A stretch of 64,000 bases of DNA from Planctomycetota bacterium (GTDB taxonomy: Bacteria; Planctomycetota; UBA8108; SXIK01): NCBI GenBank assembly GCA_965223845.1, contig CBDCXR010000004.1, forward strand, positions 2,528,001 through 2,592,000, in the 5' to 3' direction. Shown here in pieces: positions 57,798 through 64,000 of the stretch; position 1 is the stretch's first letter, and each line of letters opens with the position of its first letter. The notes under the pieces are model-generated. The model saw nothing but the letters and a program-made list of their open reading frames with translations. It made no database searches and was not told the origin of the DNA. The translations under genes and the position numbers were made by a program.

Positions 57798-58936
57798 CGA
57801 ATTCACCCGCCGGATCGAGGGATGCCGCCGCGGCCGAGACGTCGAGCGGCGTCGAGCTGCTTGGCCTCGCGGAAGATGAACTGCGCTCGCGAGTCGCGGA
57901 GTTTCTCCGCGAAACCGGCGCCCCCTCGTATCGCGCGAAGCAGATCCGTGAGTGGCTCTACACGCGCGACGCGGAATCCTTCGACGCGATGGACAACCTC
58001 CCTAAGACGCTCCGCGGGGCACTCGCCGAGCGGTTCGTGCTTCATCCACTTCGCGAAGAAGCGAGCGCACTCTCGCGAGACGGAACGCGCAAGTTCCTCT
58101 GGCGCCGGTCGGAGGGGAACCCGATCGAGAGCGTCGTGATCCCCGACCGCGATCGCGTGACCTACTGTGTCTCGACCCAGGCCGGCTGTCCGGTGAAGTG
58201 CACGTTTTGCGCGACGGGCTACGGCGGCTTTCAAGGTCAATTGAGTCCCGCCGAGGTCGTCGACCAAGTCGTTTCGATGCGGCGGATCACCGCTGCGCCG
58301 CCGACGAATCTCGTCTTCATGGGAATGGGCGAGCCGCTCCTCAACTTCGACGCGCTCCTCCGCGCGATCGGCGTGCTCACGGACGCTGCGCAGATCGGAC
58401 TCGGTGCGCGGCGTCTCACGGTCTCCACCATCGGCGTGCCCGAGCGGATCGTCGAGCTCGCGCGGCGGCATCCGCAGGTGAAGCTCGCGCTCTCGCTCCA
58501 CGCACCAGACGACGACTTGCGAACCGAGCTGATTCCGCTCAACCGCCAATACCCGCTTGCCGAAGTCCTCCGCGCCGTCGCGGAGCACGCGCGGATCGCC
58601 GGCCGGATGGCGACGTTCGAATACGTTGTCCTCCCCGGCGTCAACGACTCCGAGACGCACGCGCGGAGCGTCGTGCGTCGCCTCGAGGGAATCCCTTCGC
58701 GGATCAACCTCATCGGATTCAATCCCTTCGCGGAAGCTCCCTACGAAAAACCGTCCGTCGCGCGCCTCGAGACGTTTCGAGGCTGGCTCGAGGAGTTCCC
58801 CGGTCCCGTGACGATTCGGCGGAGCCGCGGTGAGGACATCGCGGGCGCTTGTGGCCAGCTCAGCTTGATTCGTCGGGGAGCGGCGCGCCCGAAGGATGCA
58901 GCGTGCGCGGAAGACGACCCGGGAGCGCGCGATTGA
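57794..58936 (+). CDS. rlmN: 23S rRNA (adenine2503-C2)-methyltransferase, radical SAM
   Basis: CVSTQAGCPVKCTFCATG; FMGMGEPL; LALSLHA; GEDIAGACGQL. ATGA overlap with the upstream gene. Confidence 0.95.
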   Translation: MTNSPAGSRDAAAAETSSGVELLGLAEDELRSRVAEFLRETGAPSYRAKQIREWLYTRDAESFDAMDNLPKTLRGALAERFVLHPLREEASALSRDGTRKFLWRRSEGNPIESVVIPDRDRVTYCVSTQAGCPVKCTFCATGYGGFQGQLSPAEVVDQVVSMRRITAAPPTNLVFMGMGEPLLNFDALLRAIGVLTDAAQIGLGARRLTVSTIGVPERIVELARRHPQVKLALSLHAPDDDLRTELIPLNRQYPLAEVLRAVAEHARIAGRMATFEYVVLPGVNDSETHARSVVRRLEGIPSRINLIGFNPFAEAPYEKPSVARLETFRGWLEEFPGPVTIRRSRGEDIAGACGQLSLIRRGAARPKDAACAEDDPGARD

Positions 58937-59100
58937 GGGAGAAAGATCGAAGGGAACCGGCAGCGAAGATTCGCTAGCGGCTCCCTTCGTTGATCGCGAG
59001 TTCGACGCCTCCCCAAGAGACGGCGGAGATGGAGGTCGACCCGCGCCCGATGCTCGATTCACGCCCTGCGGCGGCGCCCTAGAGCTCGGCGAGAATCCTC

Positions 59101-62100
59101 TCACTCGCAGGGCGGAAACGCTTCACAACCGAGAGTGGACGGCGTCGGGTCGATCCCGCAGCCGCTCGTCGGCTCGGGCGGCCTCTGGCCGCGCCCGAAG
59201 AGGAAATTGAGGAGATAGATCGCGTCGGCGATATCGACGCGAGCGCTGTCGTCCGCGTCCGCGCTTTCGAGACAGCTCGGATCGAAGCTCCCGACGAAGA
59301 GGTAGCCGAGGATTGCGACCGGATCGCTGATATCGACGCGCGTGTCGGCGTTCGCGTCCCCGCGCCGGAAGCGGGGCTCGTCCCGCGTTTCGGCGAGATC
59401 GAGCGAGCAGGACGCGCCCCGCGTTCGACTCTCGCCGATCGCGCCGCACACGCTCCACGTCACCGTGCCTTCCGCGAGTGCCGCGACCTCGGCGTCGACG
59501 AAGGAATCGGACGTCCCACCGAGGAGTGCGAGGAGTCGCCCCTGGCGATACACGCGAACGAGGTCGTACGCATCGGCGTTCCGCCACGAGATCACGACGG
59601 ATCCGTCCACGTCCCGTTCGCACGCGAGATCCGCGATCGGCGCCGCGCCGAGCTCGACTTCGATCGCGTTGTCCGCGGACGAGCCGCGCGGATCGAACTC
59701 GACGAGCGTCACGCGGAACCGCGAGCTCTCGTACGGTACGACCACCTGGGCCGAGAAGTTCCGGCGGCCGCCCGGAACGAGGTCGAGGATCGCTTCGACC
59801 GACGTCACCGGTCGCCACGATGCCGTCGCGGGGTCGCGGATCTCGACGCGGAGCTCGTTCTTGGTTTCGAACGGGCGCGCGATACCCCGATTGGTCACTT
59901 CGATCTCGAGCTCGACCGATGCTCCGGGAGCGGCGTGCCGGTCGCTCGCCCGGATCCCCGCGATGGCGAGGTCGCTTTCGAACGCGAGCGATTCGTCGAC
60001 GAGGAAGCTGAAATCGGGCGGACCGTCCGAGCAGTTCCGCACGGTGCGTACAGAGCCGTCCGCACGGAGCGCGACGTCGATCTCGAGATCGTGAGCCGCG
60101 TCGCTCGTCACGCTGCGGGCTCGGCCGACGGTGGGCGCGCCGGTGGCAGCATCGACCGGTGCGATGGCGAGCTCGCCGTCGCCGCCGGAGGCGCCGCGTC
60201 CCTCGAAGCTGCGGAACGCGATGACACCGAACCCGTCGGCGTCGAGCTCCACGCGGGGCCAGCGGCCGCTCGCGGATGCGTCCGGGCGACCGGGAACGGG
60301 GGCAAGTCGCTCGAGCGCACGCGGCGGTGCGAACCGCCCGTCGGCGAGAACGACGGTGTGGACGACGTCCATGTTGCCCTCTCCGGCGACACGTCGAGTC
60401 ACCGGATCGACGCGACGGGTCGTGAACGCCACGATGCCGTTCCCGCCGCGGCTGAGCGCGACGCTCGGCATCAGGGGGCCGGGTGATTCGTCGGGCGTCG
60501 TCAGCGCTTCGGGCGCCTGCCACGCTCCGCCCGCGAGCCGGCTCGCGACGATCATTCGATCGAGCGGCGTGTTGAAGTCACCGTCGAGGTCGCGGACCCA
60601 GACGACGGCACCGAGGGCTCCGAACGGATCGACGGCGATCGCGGGCGCGATGTCCGCAGCAGGCGCGCGACGATCGTCTCCGGAAACGGCGACCGGATCG
60701 CCGACCGCGTTTCCGCGGTCGATTTTCTGGGCCCAGATCGACGTCGAGCTGAGCTTTACGCGGCCGGTCGAATCGACGAACTCGGCGTCGTCCGCGTGAA
60801 TCCACGCCACCCACGCCGCGTCCTCTCCGGGTACGCTCGCGACGACGGGCTTCCCGTCGGGCTCGTCGTTCTCCGTGAGCCGCGCCGGCGCGCTCCATCC
60901 GGTTCGCGAATCCCAGATCGCGTAGAAGATCTCGTCACCCGCGAATCCCGCGTTCAGGTACTCGAGGTCGGTGAGAGATTGCCGGAGGAGCGCCGCCTCG
61001 GCGCGCGGAATCGCATTCTCCGTCCACACCGCGAGCGCGCGACGATCGTCGATGAAGGTGACTTCGACGTCTCGCTGAAACCGGTCGTCGCGAGCGCCGC
61101 GGAGGAACTCCGGCGCTTCCCAGCCGTCGCCGCGATCCACGCTGAAGAGGATCTCCGGGTCGACGTCGTTTTCGCCGAAGTCTTCCACCCATACGAGGAG
61201 CGATAGGTCGAGCTCGGGAGATGTCGCGAGGGACGGCGACTTGAGGCCCGGCCGCGCCTCGCCGCCGGCGAGCGCGCGGAGCTCCTCGTCGTCGTCCTCG
61301 GGATACTCGCAGTCATCCGGATAGGTCGTCGAGAAGAGCTCGAGCTCTTTCGAGAGACAGCCGGCACCGAAAAAGACGCAGCCTTCGAGAGTCGAACCGA
61401 GACTGAGACGAACGCACTCCTCGAGCTCGGTGAGGAGCTCCTGCCCCTGCAGACGCAGCGTGATCGGAAGCGCGAGACCGAGCTCCGGGCGCAGGGTCGC
61501 ACTCACCGAGGCGAGCCCGAAGAGAACGTCGACTTCCGCTTCGCCCTCACCCCAGCCGGTGACCTTGGGGATGAAGCGGACGCCGAGGTCGGCGTACGGC
61601 TCGTCGACTCCGACCTCGACCCGCACATCGGCGTCGAGGTCGACATCCACCCCGACCGTGAGGCTCACGTCGAGCTCGACGTAGACGGGCCCGAACGATC
61701 CTTCCCACAGCGTCTCGTCGAACAGCTCCCACTCCCACGCGTCGTCGTAAAGATCGATTCCGTTCTTGAAATAGAGGACGTTCAGGCGATCGCAAGCGAG
61801 TCCCGCGCTCTCGAACGCGACCTCCTCGTCCCAACGTTTCGAGACGAGATCGCGGGAGAGCAGCTCGAGGTCGACGCTCCCACCGAGCCGACTCGGCAGC
61901 CAGATGCCGTCGGTGTTGCCGAGAGTCTTGATCTCGCGGAACCGAAGCGTCTGGTCGAGTCGAACGTCGAGACGGTTGTCGTACGTCCGGTCGATCACCG
62001 GGACGTCGAATGTGCGTTCCCAAAGAGGCGCGTCCGGAAGCTGAGCGCGGAGAGTGTACTCACGCGTTTCAGGGTCGTAGGTGACGGTCTTCGCGACGAA

Positions 62101-64000
62101 GTCGTAGTCGAAGAACCGCGGGACGGGACAAAGCTTCACGTCGCGAAGTTCTTCGCCGACTCGTCCCGCCTCGTCCTCGGCGACGATCCAGAGCCTGACC
62201 AGCCCGACGGGAGGAAGGTCGCTCATGTTAAACGTCGCCTGCCAAAACGTCTGCGGATCGGGATCGCTCGCGTCCGATTGCACAGCGGAGCTCGCTGCGT
62301 GCACCTCGGCTTCACCGAGATCGCCGTCCGCGCCCACCAGTCGTACGACGACGGAGCGAACCGAAGTGTCCTCCGCGGGCGAGACCAAAAACTTGTACGT
62401 GTTCGATACGTCGGGGTCGACGTCCGGCACGAAGCGCTGATCCTCTGGCTTCGGCGAGAGGTGGGTGATCTTCGGCGCCGCTCCCGCCGGAGGAAGCGGA
62501 ACGTTCGGCTTCACGTCGATGGTGACGGTCTCGCCAGCCTTCGCGCAGTTGTTGTCGGTGACCGTCAACCGAACTTCGTAGAGACCGAAATCGGGAAAGA
62601 CGTGGGTGACCGTCGGCGTCGCGCTTTCGACGGGCGTGCCGTCGCCAAAGCGCCACTCGTACTTGATGATGACGCCGTCTTCGTCCGTCGCGTCCGCGCG
62701 CAGAGTGACGGGCACGCCGTTCTCGCAGGATGCGAGGCCGCGTTCGACTTGCGTTACGATCACCCCGCCGAGATCGATCCCGGACTCGCAGAGGGCGATC
62801 CCGACCGTCTCGTCGCGACCGACGTCGTGGATCACGGGCGGACGATTGCCGGAAATCCCACTGAAGTCGACCAGGGGATAGGGCGGCGGCGGAAACGACC
62901 CTCCGAGCGGATCCGTGCGCGCGTCCGTCGACACGAGGTAGTGATTCGTCGCCGCGTCGCCGCCGTCGATCCAGAATCGGACGGCGTAATCGCCTGCGGG
63001 AACGGGCTCGAGGATGACACCTTCCGCCCACTGCGCGCCGGACGCGATCGCGAGATCACCGAGATCGAACGGGATCGAGGTCGGCTGAAGGATCCCTTTC
63101 AGCTCACCTCGGAGATCGCCGAAGTGGTTCGCGCGCGCGGCGTGGAGGCGCACTCGGAGCCCCGCGAGGCTCTTCGGAATCGAGATTCGAGTTGCGACGT
63201 CGTTTGCACCGTCGCCGAGGAGCGGCACTCGCACGGAGTCGAGTCGCTGGCTGCCGAACTGAATGATCGTCGGGCAATTGACGACCGCGGCGAAGCACAT
63301 CGCGTCTTCTGCGTCATAGAGCTCGCCTCGCCCGACGATCGTGTACGGAACCGCGATCGCGTTCCCGCGCAGCCCCTCCTCCCGATCGTGGTAGCTCGTT
63401 GCATCGCCCGGGAGCGTCGAGACGGGCCGACCGAAACGGAAGACATCGATCGACTCGTACGGAACCGGAGTCGACCAAGTGAGGAACGCTTCGTCGACTC
63501 CGAGCGTACACGTCACATCCTCGACCCCGGGAAGTCGAGGATCACGATACTCGACTGCATCGGGAATCACGACGGGGAGCTCGTTCTCCGCCGCCGGATT
63601 TCTCACCGCGACGTCGTAGAAGCCTTCGTCGTGCGGCGGGACATCGACCGCGATGCGATCTCGCGCCAATCGGCGAGGATTCCGGGCCGGGGTTCCGCCA
63701 ACGGTCACCTCGAGGCCCGCGCGGACGCCCTGACCGTACAAGCGGAGCTCCGTTCCGCCCCGCGTCGGATGAACGAGAGGATCGATCGCTTCGACGGCGA
63801 ACGAAGGCGGTTCGAGCACGGGCCGGTAGAACTCGAGGTTGTCGATGATCTCGTTCCCGTTGTCCGCGATGCCGACTTCGCGTCCACTCTCGAGCGAGAC
63901 GAGGTGGAGCTCGACGCGGTAGATGTCGACTTCCTCGGAGAGTACCGAAAGCGGCCGGTCGACGCTCGTTCTCGTCGCGCCGAGGAGAACGACGTCCTCG
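59101..64000 (-). CDS. Large secreted multidomain protein (IPT/TIG, PKD, propeller-like, CARDB-like, C-terminal dockerin-like); 5' partial
   Basis: Frame open to the window end; IPT GGTELRLYGQG; PKD YEWRFGDG..LTVTDN; dockerin FRRGDANADTRVDISD...ADADDSARVDIAD. Confidence 0.85.
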   Translation of the reverse strand, partial: EDVVLLGATRTSVDRPLSVLSEEVDIYRVELHLVSLESGREVGIADNGNEIIDNLEFYRPVLEPPSFAVEAIDPLVHPTRGGTELRLYGQGVRAGLEVTVGGTPARNPRRLARDRIAVDVPPHDEGFYDVAVRNPAAENELPVVIPDAVEYRDPRLPGVEDVTCTLGVDEAFLTWSTPVPYESIDVFRFGRPVSTLPGDATSYHDREEGLRGNAIAVPYTIVGRGELYDAEDAMCFAAVVNCPTIIQFGSQRLDSVRVPLLGDGANDVATRISIPKSLAGLRVRLHAARANHFGDLRGELKGILQPTSIPFDLGDLAIASGAQWAEGVILEPVPAGDYAVRFWIDGGDAATNHYLVSTDARTDPLGGSFPPPPYPLVDFSGISGNRPPVIHDVGRDETVGIALCESGIDLGGVIVTQVERGLASCENGVPVTLRADATDEDGVIIKYEWRFGDGTPVESATPTVTHVFPDFGLYEVRLTVTDNNCAKAGETVTIDVKPNVPLPPAGAAPKITHLSPKPEDQRFVPDVDPDVSNTYKFLVSPAEDTSVRSVVVRLVGADGDLGEAEVHAASSAVQSDASDPDPQTFWQATFNMSDLPPVGLVRLWIVAEDEAGRVGEELRDVKLCPVPRFFDYDFVAKTVTYDPETREYTLRAQLPDAPLWERTFDVPVIDRTYDNRLDVRLDQTLRFREIKTLGNTDGIWLPSRLGGSVDLELLSRDLVSKRWDEEVAFESAGLACDRLNVLYFKNGIDLYDDAWEWELFDETLWEGSFGPVYVELDVSLTVGVDVDLDADVRVEVGVDEPYADLGVRFIPKVTGWGEGEAEVDVLFGLASVSATLRPELGLALPITLRLQGQELLTELEECVRLSLGSTLEGCVFFGAGCLSKELELFSTTYPDDCEYPEDDDEELRALAGGEARPGLKSPSLATSPELDLSLLVWVEDFGENDVDPEILFSVDRGDGWEAPEFLRGARDDRFQRDVEVTFIDDRRALAVWTENAIPRAEAALLRQSLTDLEYLNAGFAGDEIFYAIWDSRTGWSAPARLTENDEPDGKPVVASVPGEDAAWVAWIHADDAEFVDSTGRVKLSSTSIWAQKIDRGNAVGDPVAVSGDDRRAPAADIAPAIAVDPFGALGAVVWVRDLDGDFNTPLDRMIVASRLAGGAWQAPEALTTPDESPGPLMPSVALSRGGNGIVAFTTRRVDPVTRRVAGEGNMDVVHTVVLADGRFAPPRALERLAPVPGRPDASASGRWPRVELDADGFGVIAFRSFEGRGASGGDGELAIAPVDAATGAPTVGRARSVTSDAAHDLEIDVALRADGSVRTVRNCSDGPPDFSFLVDESLAFESDLAIAGIRASDRHAAPGASVELEIEVTNRGIARPFETKNELRVEIRDPATASWRPVTSVEAILDLVPGGRRNFSAQVVVPYESSRFRVTLVEFDPRGSSADNAIEVELGAAPIADLACERDVDGSVVISWRNADAYDLVRVYRQGRLLALLGGTSDSFVDAEVAALAEGTVTWSVCGAIGESRTRGASCSLDLAETRDEPRFRRGDANADTRVDISDPVAILGYLFVGSFDPSCLESADADDSARVDIADAIYLLNFLFGRGQRPPEPTSGCGIDPTPSTLGCEAFPPCE

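Overview
High-GC (about two-thirds by eye) bacterial chromosome segment with a strong Planctomycetota signature: DUF1549/DUF1553 and DUF1501 genes, a PVC-type heme-binding protein, an ECF sigma/Ser-Thr kinase pair, dockerin-tailed secreted proteins and a sulfatase. The left half is accessory: CotH/lamin-tail protein, Cu/heme multidomain protein, DUF1553-DUF1501-DUF1501, rbs-like sugar ABC transporter, a decayed lyase-like lipoprotein gene, pyc, ECF-kinase-ELWxxDGT cluster and a prenyltransferase-hydrolase fusion. The right half is mostly housekeeping: EndoQ-UvrD fusion, HTTM pair, sulfatase, cysteine desulfurase, L,D-transpeptidase, pheT-pheS-rplT-rpmI-infC-aspS, kinase-NTPase-TPR, dprA, two paralogous unknown lipoproteins, rlmN and a large dockerin protein running off the end. 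I found no tRNA, rRNA, CRISPR array, transposase or integrase. The best candidates for novelty are (1) an unannotated ~120-nt RNA unit at 2852-3007 with a promoter, three-way junction and intrinsic terminator, (2) palindromic GGGAAC-repeat elements whose 34-bp inverted copies bracket the DUF1553/DUF1501 cassette, (3) an EndoQ-UvrD fusion ending in a clamp-binding-like motif, (4) an orphan SdpAB-like HTTM pair and (5) tandem unknown lipoproteins coupled to rlmN. All family calls come from recognising motifs by eye; no searches were run.
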